In this document: one piece after another, positions 47,918-57,680 of the stretch | How positions within the stretch are numbered: the first letter of the stretch is position 1 | Layout of the letters: every line of letters begins with the position of its first letter | Origin: Rhodoluna sp. | GTDB lineage: Bacteria; Actinomycetota; Actinomycetes; Actinomycetales; Microbacteriaceae | Assembly (NCBI GenBank): GCA_030832065.1 | Contig: JAURJV010000058.1 | Location: forward strand, 6,697 to 70,696 | Reading direction: 5' to 3' | Length of the DNA stretch: 64,000 bases | The notes under the pieces: model-generated | Told to the model about the DNA's origin: nothing | What the model saw: the letters and a program-made list of their open reading frames with translations, nothing else | Databases searched by the model: none | Made by a program: the position numbers and the translations under genes

Positions 47918-48381
47918 GGCAGTAACCTCGATGGACTCATTCCATTGATGAAAAGCTCAGGGGATAGGTAACCCTGTTGGTTTCTCACTCCGAAGTGAAG
48001 ACAAAAATCACAGTGCCAATTATATTCAGTTGCGATTTGGCAGAGGGTTCCAATCAACTGTCCCTGGGTAACTGTCTGACCTTCTCTAAGAGTTGAACAG
48101 ACTGGTTCAAGGCTCACCTTCTTATCGCCGAACTCGATGGTTATCAGTTCTCGAAAGCCAACCTGCCCGGCAAAGCTAACTAGGCCGCTGACCGGAGCTA
48201 AAACTTCTTGGTCCAGGTAGCCCTGCAGGTCGATGCCACGGTGACCAGGAGAGTACTCGCTTTCAGGGGCTCTGTAGTCGTTGATCACTATTGCTGTAGT
48301 GAAGGGGTAGATCATCGCCTCTGGGTATGGGCTGGATATTTGGCTTAGAACTAGGGATATGGCGGCTATTTGGGGGAGCAT
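47914..48381 (-). CDS. M23 family peptidase
   Basis: HRGID and CLHFGVR; conserved position between xerC and rpsB. Confidence 0.85.
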   Translation of the reverse strand: MLPQIAAISLVLSQISSPYPEAMIYPFTTAIVINDYRAPESEYSPGHRGIDLQGYLDQEVLAPVSGLVSFAGQVGFRELITIEFGDKKVSLEPVCSTLREGQTVTQGQLIGTLCQIATEYNWHCDFCLHFGVRNQQGYLSPELFINGMSPSRLLP

Positions 48382-48456
48382 TTAGCCATTATCGGTTGGT
48401 TAGTTTTTGGTTAGTTGGTTTTTGGGTTGGGGGTGGAAAGGCCTGAAACACGCTGG

Positions 48457-48658
48457 TATGCTTGTGGAAGCGGTAAGTCCCGCAAAATCCAAAGGTTTTT
48501 CTTTAGGTTTTCGCGCGCTTATCGACTTCGCGTGTTGAACAACAATCGATAGTCGGTCCCAATTCGTTGGGTTTATTGATTGCAACACCAGGGGTTGGAA
48601 CAACCGTTCACAACCATCAACTGACCGACGCACCAGTGCGTCAAAAGGAGATACTGCC
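48457..48658 (+). promoter_or_regulatory. rpsB promoter and long 5' leader (putative S2 autoregulatory element)
   Basis: TATGCT -10 at 48457-48462, ~190-nt leader, gacgcac-ca-gtgcgtc hairpin just before AAGGAG. Confidence 0.5.
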
Positions 48659-49474
48659 ATGGCAGTAGTAACAACCCGCCAGCTGCTAGACAGCGGTGTT
48701 CACTTTGGTCACCAGACACGTCGCTGGAACCCAAAGATGAAGAGATACATCCTGACTGACAGATCAGGTATTTACATCATTGACTTACAGAAGTCACTTA
48801 CCTACATCGACAAGGCTTACGAGTTCACCCGCGACATTGTCGCCCACGGTGGAACCATCTTGTTTGTTGGAACCAAGAAGCAGGCTCAGGAAGCTATCGC
48901 AACCGAAGCTCAGCGTGTTGGTATGCCATACATCAACGAGCGTTGGTTGGGTGGTCTACTAACTAACTTCTCAACAGTTTCTAAGCGTCTTGCACGTTTG
49001 AAGGAACTAGAAGTTATGGACTTCAAGGACACCAAGAAGTCTGGATACACCAAGAAGGAACTTCTTATTCTTTCTCGTGAGAAGACCAAGCTAGAGAAGA
49101 CTCTAGGTGGAGTTCGTAACATGAGCAAGACTCCTTCAGCTATCTGGGTGGTTGACACCATCAAGGAGCACCTGGCTATTACTGAAGCTAAGAAGCTTGG
49201 TATTCCAGTTATCGGAATTCTAGACACCAACTGTGATCCAGATGAAGTAACCATCGGTATTCCAGGTAACGATGATGCTATTCGTTCAGTTCACCTACTA
49301 ACCCGCGTTATTGCTGATGCAGTAGCAGAGGGTCTAAAGAAGAAGCACTCTAAGCCAGAAGAGGTTCAGCCTCTAGCTGACTGGGAGAAGGAACTTCTAG
49401 AATCAGCAGCAGCTCAAGCAGAGCCAGCTGCAGCAGAAGCTAAGACAGAAGAGACCGCAAAGGAAGCAGAGTAA
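48659..49474 (+). CDS. rpsB: 30S ribosomal protein S2
   Basis: [29 protein letters not shown]. Confidence 0.98.
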   Translation: MAVVTTRQLLDSGVHFGHQTRRWNPKMKRYILTDRSGIYIIDLQKSLTYIDKAYEFTRDIVAHGGTILFVGTKKQAQEAIATEAQRVGMPYINERWLGGLLTNFSTVSKRLARLKELEVMDFKDTKKSGYTKKELLILSREKTKLEKTLGGVRNMSKTPSAIWVVDTIKEHLAITEAKKLGIPVIGILDTNCDPDEVTIGIPGNDDAIRSVHLLTRVIADAVAEGLKKKHSKPEEVQPLADWEKELLESAAAQAEPAAAEAKTEETAKEAE

Positions 49475-50301
49475 TGGCTAACTACACAGCAGCAGATGTA
49501 AAGACTCTTCGCGAGCGCTCCGGCGCTGGCATGATGGACTGCAAGTCAGCTCTTGATGAGGCTAATGGCGATCTAGACAAGGCGATGGAAGTTCTAAGAC
49601 TTAAAGGTCTTAAGGGCGTAACCAAGCGTGAAGGTCGCACCACCAGCAACGGTATCGTTATTGCTCGCGTTCACGCAGGCAAGGGTTACCTAGTTGAGTT
49701 GGCTTGTGAGACTGACTTCGTTGCTAAGGCTGACAAGTTCGTAGCTCTTGGCGACATGATTGCTGATGCTATTGCCGCAGCCGGTGCTGACACTCTAGAA
49801 GCAGCTCTTGCTGCTCCTGCTGGTAGCAAGACCGTTGCTGATGCAATCACCGACGAAGCTGCAATCATGGGTGAGAAGGTTGAACTTCGCCGCCTGGCAG
49901 TTGTTGCTGACGATAACATCGATGCTTACCTTCACCGCACCTCAAAGGACCTACCTCCTCAGGTTGGTGTTTTGGTTGCCTTCAAGGGAGCAGACGTTGA
50001 GACCGCTCACGATGTTGCAGTACACATCGCAGCTTTCAGCCCAACCTACCTAACTTCTGAAGATGTTCCAGCTAACATCGTTGAGACCGAGCGCCGCATT
50101 GCTATGGAGACTGCTCGCAACGAGGGTAAGCCTGAGGCAGCTTTGGAGAAGATCGTTGAAGGTCGCGTTAAGGGATTCTTCAAGGAGAACTGCCTAATGG
50201 AGCAGGACTTCGCTAAGGACAACAAGGTTAGCGTTGGCAAGGTTCTAGAGCAGCACGGTCTAACCGTTTCTGCATTCGCTAGATTCCGCGTCGGTGCATA
50301 A
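49474..50301 (+). CDS. tsf: Elongation factor Ts
   Basis: LRERSGAGMMDCK and CETDFVA. Confidence 0.98.
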   Translation: MANYTAADVKTLRERSGAGMMDCKSALDEANGDLDKAMEVLRLKGLKGVTKREGRTTSNGIVIARVHAGKGYLVELACETDFVAKADKFVALGDMIADAIAAAGADTLEAALAAPAGSKTVADAITDEAAIMGEKVELRRLAVVADDNIDAYLHRTSKDLPPQVGVLVAFKGADVETAHDVAVHIAAFSPTYLTSEDVPANIVETERRIAMETARNEGKPEAALEKIVEGRVKGFFKENCLMEQDFAKDNKVSVGKVLEQHGLTVSAFARFRVGA

Positions 50302-50324
50302 ATAAAGTTTCAAAACTAGGGTTT

Positions 50325-50350
50325 GGCTCGGTCTTAGGACCGGGCCTTTT
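50325..50350 (+). terminator. Intrinsic terminator after tsf
   Basis: ggctcggtc-ttag-gaccgggcc followed by tttt. Confidence 0.7.
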
Positions 50351-50403
50351 CCTTAGTCCAGAGCCTAAACTAGAGGTAATAAAGGTCTTTGAGAGGGATA
50401 GCC

Positions 50404-51114
50404 ATGCCATCAACTCCACGTCGTGTCTTGTTGAAACTTTCCGGTGAAGCTTTCGGTGGGGGAAAACTGGGAGTTAACCCAGACATCGTTTCAGCCATTG
50501 CCAGTGAAATTGCCGAGGCAGCTAAGAAGGTTGAAATAGCCATCGTTGTTGGTGGTGGTAACTTCTTCCGCGGTGCCGAACTATCGCAACGAGGTATGGA
50601 TCGAGCTCGTGCCGACTACATGGGTATGTTGGGAACCGTTATGAATGCACTAGCACTGCAGGACTTCCTGGAGCAGGCTGGTTGCGACACTAGAGTTCAG
50701 TCAGCTATCTCAATGGCTCAGGTAACCGAGCCATACATCCCACTTCGTGCCATCCGTCACATGCAGAAAGGTCGCGTAGTGATCTTTGGTGCCGGTGCTG
50801 GCCTTCCATACTTCTCCACCGATACTGTTGCTGCTCAACGAGCACTAGAAATTCACGCTAAGGAAGTTCTGGTTGCGAAGAATGGTGTTGACGGCGTTTA
50901 CTCAGCTGATCCAAAGAAAGATCCAAAGGCTAAGAAACTTGATGAGCTAACCTACCAGGAGGCTCTGGTGAAGAAGCTGAAAGTGGTTGACTCAACTGCG
51001 TTTAGTCTTTGCATGGATAACAACATTCCAATGGTGGTCTTTGGTATGCAGCCGGAAGGTAACATTACTAAAGCGCTTCTGGGTAAGAAGATTGGTACCA
51101 GGGTTAGCGCCTAA
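50404..51114 (+). CDS. pyrH: Uridylate kinase
   Basis: [29 protein letters not shown]; start set to ATG 50404. Confidence 0.97.
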   Translation: MPSTPRRVLLKLSGEAFGGGKLGVNPDIVSAIASEIAEAAKKVEIAIVVGGGNFFRGAELSQRGMDRARADYMGMLGTVMNALALQDFLEQAGCDTRVQSAISMAQVTEPYIPLRAIRHMQKGRVVIFGAGAGLPYFSTDTVAAQRALEIHAKEVLVAKNGVDGVYSADPKKDPKAKKLDELTYQEALVKKLKVVDSTAFSLCMDNNIPMVVFGMQPEGNITKALLGKKIGTRVSA

Positions 51115-51123
51115 GGAGAAAAA

Positions 51124-51684
51124 ATGATTAACGATATTCTTGCAACTGCCACCGAGAAGATGGGTAAGGCAGTTGAGTCGGCTAAGGAAGACTTCGCAAC
51201 TATTAGAAGCGGCAGAGCAAACCCTGCGCTCTTTCAGAAACTAATGATTGATTACTACGGAACACCAACAGCACTCTCATCACTTGGTTCGATTGCTAAT
51301 CCTGAGGCTAGAACCATTGTGGTTACCCCTTATGACAAGGGGGCATTAGCCGCCATTGAGAAGGCAATCAGAGACATGCCCAACCTTGGTGCTAACCCGA
51401 CCAATGATGGCAACCTAATTCGTGTTTCACTTCCAGAACTAACTGAAGAGCGGCGCAAAGACTACGTAAAGATTGTTAGGAACAAGGCAGAAGATCACAG
51501 AGTCGCTGTTCGTAACGTACGCCGCAAGGCGAAGGATGAGCTTGATGCTCTGAAGAAGGATGGACTCGCTGGGGACGACGATCTTTCTAGAGCCGAAAAA
51601 GAGCTCGAAGCGGTAACCAAAACTCATGTTGATAACATCGATGAGGCTTTGAAGCGTAAAGAAGCAGAGCTGCTCGAGGTTTAA
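51124..51684 (+). CDS. frr: Ribosome recycling factor
   Basis: [26 protein letters not shown]. Confidence 0.97.
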   Translation: MINDILATATEKMGKAVESAKEDFATIRSGRANPALFQKLMIDYYGTPTALSSLGSIANPEARTIVVTPYDKGALAAIEKAIRDMPNLGANPTNDGNLIRVSLPELTEERRKDYVKIVRNKAEDHRVAVRNVRRKAKDELDALKKDGLAGDDDLSRAEKELEAVTKTHVDNIDEALKRKEAELLEV

Positions 51685-51686
51685 CC

Positions 51687-52556
51687 TTGACTAACGCTGA
51701 AACTAAAGGCAGGTCGCTTTCCCAGTCAGTGATCTATGGGTTACTTCTCGCTGGAGCATTTCTAGTTTCAGTTTTGATTGTTAATGAACTATTCATTGCT
51801 CTGATTGCGGTTGGTTGCGCAGCCGGGGCATGGGAGCTTTCAGCTGCGCTCCGCCAGAAGAACTGGCACGTTCCTAGAGTTCCATTAGCGATCGGTTCAG
51901 CTTTGGTAATGCCACTGACCTATTACGGTGGGGAGCGGGTTCAGTGGCTTGGAGTTTTAGCTATTGTTGCAGCCATCATGATTTGGCGTGGAGTTGAGTT
52001 AATAATTCAGCGAGCTTCGCTGGAAAGAACTTTCGCGGAAATCATCAGAGACTTCTCTGCCACTGCATTCGTCGTAATTTACATTCCTCTGACCATGAGC
52101 TTTGCTGCGTTACTTATGCGTGAACCAGCCCATGGCGGTCACGTCGCGGGTAAGTACTGGGTTATTGTGGTGGTCACCACCGTTATTCTGATTGACAGCA
52201 GCGCATATCTATTTGGTCGAAAAATCGGTAAGACTCCGATGCTTCCCAAGGTTAGTCCCAAAAAGAGTTGGGAAGGCTTTGCAGTTTCAGTGCTCTTTGC
52301 GATAGCCAGCACCTTGATTCAAACTCCCTGGTTATTAAAGCTCCCTTGGTGGTTTGCCTTCGTTATCGCAGCTGTAGTTCTAATGTCGGCTGTCTTAGGT
52401 GATTTTGCAGAATCACTGATTAAGCGTGACCTTGGGGTAAAAGACATGTCCAGCGCAATACCTGGACACGGTGGAATTATGGACCGACTTGACTCGATGC
52501 TACCTGCCTGCCTCAGTGGCTATATGCTGATGGTATTCGCAGTTAGGTTCATGTAA
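51687..52556 (+). CDS. cdsA: Phosphatidate cytidylyltransferase
   Basis: SPKKSWEG and GDFAESLIKRDLGVKDM...PGHGGIMDRLDS. Confidence 0.96.
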   Translation: MTNAETKGRSLSQSVIYGLLLAGAFLVSVLIVNELFIALIAVGCAAGAWELSAALRQKNWHVPRVPLAIGSALVMPLTYYGGERVQWLGVLAIVAAIMIWRGVELIIQRASLERTFAEIIRDFSATAFVVIYIPLTMSFAALLMREPAHGGHVAGKYWVIVVVTTVILIDSSAYLFGRKIGKTPMLPKVSPKKSWEGFAVSVLFAIASTLIQTPWLLKLPWWFAFVIAAVVLMSAVLGDFAESLIKRDLGVKDMSSAIPGHGGIMDRLDSMLPACLSGYMLMVFAVRFM

Positions 52557-52558
52557 TC

Positions 52559-53119
52559 GTGTCAGATAAGTTTCCCAGAGCTAAAAAGCTTGGCTACTCA
52601 GTAGAGCAGGTCGAGGAATTTCTCACACACGCAAGGTTGCAGTATCTAGATCCCAGCCAGAGCAAAATGGATGTAAAGACCATTAGGGCTACTCGGTTCG
52701 ACCTAGCTAAGAATGGTTACAGTATTTCGGTGGTTGATTCAGCCATCGAAAAACTTGAGGACGTGTTTGCTCAACGAGAGCTAGAAAACCGTTTCGGAAC
52801 TTTGGGTTATAGTTCTTTCCAAGTCGAAACCAACGAGCTTCGTGACTTGCTGCTAAGCAGGGTTGAACGCAAAAAAGGTAAACGTTTCGCTAGGCGATTC
52901 TGGCCACTGCGGGGTTACAGCAGAAGACAGGTTGATTCCCTCTGTTCCCTCTTAGCAAATCATCTAAACCAAAGTAGCCCTTTGGTACTCAGAGATGTAA
53001 GACTTACAGTGTTCAAACCGAAACGGGGTGGCTATGCGGAGTTTCAAGTCGATGCTTTCATTGACCGCATTGTTGAACTTCTTCAGCGCGAAAGTATTCT
53101 CCACCAAACTAATAGCTAG
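52559..53119 (+). CDS. DivIVA-domain repeat protein
   Basis: Repeated GY...VD/VE..L motifs (GYSVEQVEEFL, GYSISVVD, GYSRRQVD, GYAEFQVDAFID). Confidence 0.85.
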   Translation: MSDKFPRAKKLGYSVEQVEEFLTHARLQYLDPSQSKMDVKTIRATRFDLAKNGYSISVVDSAIEKLEDVFAQRELENRFGTLGYSSFQVETNELRDLLLSRVERKKGKRFARRFWPLRGYSRRQVDSLCSLLANHLNQSSPLVLRDVRLTVFKPKRGGYAEFQVDAFIDRIVELLQRESILHQTNS

Positions 53120-53747
53120 CCTGCTCAGTCTCGGTCTAGTTCTTTCCCTCGCTCCAGAGAGCATTGCTGTCGCGGCTATGCCTAAAGCGACAACCATTTT
53201 GGCCAAACTAGCCATCAAAGGTAGAGCCCCCAAGACCGGTTATGACCGAGCGTTATTTAGCGATGGCTGGGGAGACATAGGCAACTGTGATACTCGAAAC
53301 TACATCTTGGCAAGAGATCTAAAGAGCATCACCTGGCGGACATCGCCTGACTGTACTGTTGCCACTGGCATACTAAAAGACCCATACACCGGCAAAGTGA
53401 TTAACTTTGTCAGAGGAGTGGGAACCAGTAATGCAGTTCAGATCGATCATGTGGTAGCAGTAAGTGACGCGTGGCAAAAAGGTGCCCAGAAACTAACTTC
53501 AGTTCAGCGTTACAACTTCTATAACGATCCACTGAATCTTTTGGCAGTTGATGGCCCAACCAACGGACAGAAGAGCGACAGTGACGCAGCCAGCTGGCTT
53601 CCACCACAAAAATCTTTCCGCTGTTCCTACGTTGCAAGGCAGATTGCTGTGAAATACAAGTATCGGCTATGGGTTACCCAAGCTGAGCGCGATGCCATGG
53701 CTAGGGTGCTGAAAACCTGTCCAACTAAGCTCATTCCAGCCGGCTAA
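53070..53747 (+). CDS. Secreted DUF1524/HNH nuclease
   Basis: GYDR, CDTRNYIL, DPYTG, QIDHVVA, NDPLNLLAV, N..KSD motifs and a signal peptide. Start uncertain (TTG 53070/53073; the ORF track starts at 53028). Confidence 0.85.
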   Translation: MLNFFSAKVFSTKLIASLLSLGLVLSLAPESIAVAAMPKATTILAKLAIKGRAPKTGYDRALFSDGWGDIGNCDTRNYILARDLKSITWRTSPDCTVATGILKDPYTGKVINFVRGVGTSNAVQIDHVVAVSDAWQKGAQKLTSVQRYNFYNDPLNLLAVDGPTNGQKSDSDAASWLPPQKSFRCSYVARQIAVKYKYRLWVTQAERDAMARVLKTCPTKLIPAG

Positions 53748-53791
53748 TTCATTGACCCTTCGGGTAAACTTGACCTGTTAGGCGGTCCATC

Positions 53792-54436
53792 ATGGGTAGA
53801 TACGAGTTAGTCAAACCGACTCTTCGTAAACGCCTACTCAGCAAGGTTGTCGGGGACCGCAAGATTGATTTTTCTCTCGGTCAGAAGCTCAGGTCGATTA
53901 CTTTTAGCCTCTTGGCGTTCATGTTTGCTGGAAGCTATGCCATGGTGACCGTTGTTGATCCTTACGGCGGGGCTCTTTCTAGCGCATACGCATTCGAATT
54001 TGATGATTCTGCCGATGCGCAAAGTTATGACTATTACAGTCAGCTCAAGGTTAGTTTTGCCCGTGAAGGCTGGAAAATCGTTACTGGCGATGAAGCCGCG
54101 GCCATCTATGTTGCCGACGCCGAGACTCCAGCAACAGGAACCGTGAAGGAGTTTGCCTACTCACTGGTGATTTCCTACGGTTGGGGTAGAGATCAGTATT
54201 CCTGCCTGGTTGCTCTTTGGGAGCGTGAATCTAACTGGCGTTGGAATGCTTTCAACAAGTCTTCCGGTGCTTACGGTATCCCGCAGTCCCTTCCGGCTGC
54301 CAAGATGGCTGAGATGGGTGCGGACTGGCAGACCAACCCGGAGACTCAGATTCGCTGGGGCGTAAACTACATTAAACATCGCTACGGAGCCCCCTGCGGA
54401 GCCATGGCTCATTCGAACAAGTTCAATTGGTACTGA
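53792..54436 (+). CDS. Membrane-anchored lytic transglycosylase (SLT domain)
   Basis: CLVALWERESNW, SGAYGIPQSLP, NPETQIRWG..YI..RYG. Confidence 0.9.
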   Translation: MGRYELVKPTLRKRLLSKVVGDRKIDFSLGQKLRSITFSLLAFMFAGSYAMVTVVDPYGGALSSAYAFEFDDSADAQSYDYYSQLKVSFAREGWKIVTGDEAAAIYVADAETPATGTVKEFAYSLVISYGWGRDQYSCLVALWERESNWRWNAFNKSSGAYGIPQSLPAAKMAEMGADWQTNPETQIRWGVNYIKHRYGAPCGAMAHSNKFNWY

Positions 54437-54437
54437 T

Positions 54438-54740
54438 ATGCCCAGAAACAACCGACCTAAAGGCTTCAAGGGTGGCTCTGATGATGACGAGCCAATCGAC
54501 ATCGCCCGATTGCGCGAAGGTATTGCCCGCACCGAATACAAAAACGGTGTCGAGTTTACGGTTCAAACTACAGCTGGTAAGAATGCCGAGGCTGATAAAC
54601 GTTGGATTTGTCCTGGTTGCCAAATCACCTTTGGTCCAGGCATCTCGCACGTAGTGGTGTGGGAAACGGCGCTGGGAGCGGGCAATCGTCGACACTTCCA
54701 TAATGTTTGCTGGAAGAAATTCCAAGGCAGACTATTTTGA
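54438..54740 (+). CDS. Conserved actinobacterial small Cys/His protein
   Basis: CPGC...HVVVW...RRHFH..CW motif; precedes the alpha/beta hydrolase. Confidence 0.8.
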   Translation: MPRNNRPKGFKGGSDDDEPIDIARLREGIARTEYKNGVEFTVQTTAGKNAEADKRWICPGCQITFGPGISHVVVWETALGAGNRRHFHNVCWKKFQGRLF

Positions 54741-55456
54741 ACCAAATAGAAATTCGTTCAGCTATTGAACTTCCGTCTAGGCGTGAGCCAGTAACCCTGC
54801 TGACCCAGGACAACCTCAAACTGGTTGCTGAATTAGCGCTTCCCGTGGCAAACGATCCGGTTGCGACTTTAGTGATGCTTCACCCACTGCCAACCGCAGG
54901 TGGTTTCATGGATTCACATATCTATCGCAAAGCAGCCAACCGACTTCCGGCTCTAGCTGATCTGGCCGTCCTAAGGTTCAACACCAGAGGAACCGAGTCC
55001 CCTCACGGAAAATCGGAGGGAGAGTTTGATGGTGGAAAGTTGGAAAAGTTTGATGTTACCGCTGCCGTGGAATTTGCTCTCAGCCGCGGGCTTCCCAACA
55101 TCTATTTAGTCGGCTGGTCATTTGGAACAGAGCTGGCTTTGAAATATGGGCCGGAACTGGATGTCTTGGGAGCAATCCTGCTCTCCCCACCGCTGCATCG
55201 AACCAGTGCTGAGGAACTTTTGGCTTGGAATAGCGTAACTAAACGACTGGTTGCGCTGATACCTGAACACGATGACTACCTGAAACCGGCTGAAGCTGCG
55301 ACTAGGTTCGCAATGCTTGAGAACATAGAACTCATTAACGTTGCCGGGGCCAAGCACCTTTGGGTAGGCGAATCGGCTACCAAGCGCGTGTTGAATGAAA
55401 TAGTTGCGGTTGCTAACCCTCAGAAGAACCCGTTACCGGATTACTTCTTATTCTGA
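54737..55456 (+). CDS. Alpha/beta hydrolase
   Basis: HPLPTAGGFMDS, RFNTRG, GWSFG nucleophile elbow, Asp and His. Start set to TTG 54737, overlapping the upstream stop. Confidence 0.88.
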   Translation: MNQIEIRSAIELPSRREPVTLLTQDNLKLVAELALPVANDPVATLVMLHPLPTAGGFMDSHIYRKAANRLPALADLAVLRFNTRGTESPHGKSEGEFDGGKLEKFDVTAAVEFALSRGLPNIYLVGWSFGTELALKYGPELDVLGAILLSPPLHRTSAEELLAWNSVTKRLVALIPEHDDYLKPAEAATRFAMLENIELINVAGAKHLWVGESATKRVLNEIVAVANPQKNPLPDYFLF

Positions 55457-56502
55457 TGGGGAACCCAGACCTCACGAATAACCAGCAGTAGGGTAGCTGC
55501 AACTGGGATTGCTAGCAGTGAACCCAAGATTCCAAGCAGTGCTCCACCGGTTAGAGCGGCCACCACAACCAAGGCAGCTGGAACGTTTACCGCTCTGGTC
55601 ATGATGCGAGGAGCGATGATGAAGCCTTCGATCTGGGTATAGATGAGGACTGCAATGGCAACTCCCAGCGTCACATCCGAAGGCATGGTTGCAGCCGTGA
55701 CCAGGATCACGATGGAAGCTCCGGAGAGTGAACCAATAATTGGAATTAGAACAAAGAGGAAGTCAATAAAGGCTAAGACCACGGCAAACTCAACACCGGC
55801 AATCAGCAACACGATGAAGACGATTGAAGCGTTAATCGAGGCAACAACTACCTGACCCATAACGTAGCGACCCACCGATGAGATGACCTGATCAACAATC
55901 AGGGTGACTTTCTTACGCCCTGTCTTTGGGGCAAGGTTGATTAGCACAGATTTGATTGAGTGCAGCGAGCTCATGAAGTAGAGAGTCAAAATGCAAACAG
56001 TTAAAAAGGCTATGGTGCCGTTGAATAGTGTGATGCCAACCTGAACTACTCCACCTAAAAGATTTGGCCAGTTCTTGCTATCGACCAGGTAAGCCCCAGA
56101 GCTGTTGACGGCCTGCGAAATCGTTCCGCCGAAGCGAGTGTCAATTGATTTCACCCATGGTAAGTCCAAGAAACCTTTGAGCAGATCCGGCAGATGTCTA
56201 ATGAAAGCGCTGGTCTCAGAAATAAGTGGCGGAATGATGACAACTATTACTGAGGCAACCAGAGCTAAAAGTCCAAGAGCTACGATGCTGATTGCCAGAC
56301 CACGGCGTTTTACTCTCTTTTGCAGCAGTTGAATCAGCGGTTCAAGTCCCAGAGCGATAAAGAGTGCGGTGATGATTGAGGTGATAATGCTGGCAATGGA
56401 AATAAGTGCATTGCCCATGGCCAGAGCAGTCAGTACTCCAAGACCTCCCAGTAAACCGATTTGGTAGGCGTGACTGACTCTGATGTTGGTTGGCGCAGGC
56501 AT
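55441..56502 (-). CDS. AI-2E (UPF0118) family transporter
   Basis: LIPIIG, QIEGFIIAPRIM, GILGSLLAIPVAA. Confidence 0.9.
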   Translation of the reverse strand: MPAPTNIRVSHAYQIGLLGGLGVLTALAMGNALISIASIITSIITALFIALGLEPLIQLLQKRVKRRGLAISIVALGLLALVASVIVVIIPPLISETSAFIRHLPDLLKGFLDLPWVKSIDTRFGGTISQAVNSSGAYLVDSKNWPNLLGGVVQVGITLFNGTIAFLTVCILTLYFMSSLHSIKSVLINLAPKTGRKKVTLIVDQVISSVGRYVMGQVVVASINASIVFIVLLIAGVEFAVVLAFIDFLFVLIPIIGSLSGASIVILVTAATMPSDVTLGVAIAVLIYTQIEGFIIAPRIMTRAVNVPAALVVVAALTGGALLGILGSLLAIPVAATLLLVIREVWVPHQNKK

Positions 56503-56520
56503 GACTGGCTCCTTAGCTGG

Positions 56521-57606
56521 TTAGACGTCTCTCTTAATTTGATCAATAACCTGTTTCAGGTTATCTAGGTAAACCACGATGCTTTCCTTTTCGTGCGAGA
56601 GTTTTCGCTCAGCAGCTTCAAGCTGCTGCAACCTGTTGGCAACCTTGGTCTGGGTGCTCGATAGGAGTGCCCTTGCCTCAATTTCGGCGTTGGCGATAAT
56701 TTGGTCGGCTTTGGCTCTGGCTTCCTCGGTGGTTGACTTGTTGATTGACTTTGCTCCAGCTTCAAGAGTCTCAGCTTCAAGTCTTGCTGCAGCTACCCGG
56801 TTCAGTGCTGTTGAAATTTGGGCATTGGCATCATCCAAATATTTTTGGGTTTGGGCAACGGCTTCTTGATATTTGCGTTGATACTCAGCTTCTGCTTCTG
56901 CTCGTCTGGCGGTCAACTCGAGGTTTAGATCAATTCTTGCCTGTTCACTGAATACAGCGTCCTTGAGGCTGGCTTCCATCGGCTGGGTTAGTTGCCGTTC
57001 AACAATTAGTCGTCTTTCGGCGATAGCTCGTTCGGCTTCGCTCTGTCTCACTTCGATTTCCCGTTTAGCGCTGGCCCGCATTTTGGCAACTTCAGTGCTA
57101 ATTGCGCCCCTGATCGCTCCGGCTTCACGCACAGCCTCGTCAACTAGTCGTTCGGCTTCTAACCGAGCTTTAGCCATAGTCTCGTCGTAGTCTGCCTTAG
57201 CCGAATTGATAATACGATCTGCTCTTCGGCTAGCCTCAGCTACTAGTTCGTCATAGTATTCCTGGCCGTCGGCCTTCTTTTGCTCTACTTCGCTAGCTAC
57301 CGAGTTCATAATGGCAGCCCGCTCGGATTCAGCGTCAGCTACCAGGCGGATTGCCAGTTCTTCGGCTGTGGCGAGGATTTGGGCGGCTTTGGCTCCGACT
57401 CCTGCATAACTGGGGTTCTGGTTCTCAGCCAGGGTTGCTTCAAGCTCAATCAGCCGGTTTTGGGCTTCCCGCAACTCGGCTGCCAACTGGTTATTCAGGT
57501 TGGTTAGGTTGATTATTTCCCTGCGGAAGTCGCGAACAGCGTCATCTACGGCTGCCCGGTCATAACCGCGCATAGCCTGGGGGAATTCACTCTCTTCGGC
57601 TGCCAA
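56521..57606 (-). CDS. DivIVA/FilP-like coiled-coil protein
   Basis: N-terminal FPQAMRGYDRAAVD and SYAGVG..AQIL..AEE, then a long Ala/Glu coiled coil. Confidence 0.8.
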   Translation of the reverse strand: MAAEESEFPQAMRGYDRAAVDDAVRDFRREIINLTNLNNQLAAELREAQNRLIELEATLAENQNPSYAGVGAKAAQILATAEELAIRLVADAESERAAIMNSVASEVEQKKADGQEYYDELVAEASRRADRIINSAKADYDETMAKARLEAERLVDEAVREAGAIRGAISTEVAKMRASAKREIEVRQSEAERAIAERRLIVERQLTQPMEASLKDAVFSEQARIDLNLELTARRAEAEAEYQRKYQEAVAQTQKYLDDANAQISTALNRVAAARLEAETLEAGAKSINKSTTEEARAKADQIIANAEIEARALLSSTQTKVANRLQQLEAAERKLSHEKESIVVYLDNLKQVIDQIKRDV

Positions 57607-57680
57607 AAGGCTCTCCTCGGGGCTTCGGTAGAATAGACGAGTTGTCGTTTACCCCCTAAGTTTAGCCCGAAAGGAGCCCC

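Noticed and set aside
53028-53747. HNH/DUF1524 protein as an anti-phage defence nuclease
   Set aside because: It has a signal peptide, no DUF262 or methylase partner, and housekeeping neighbours.
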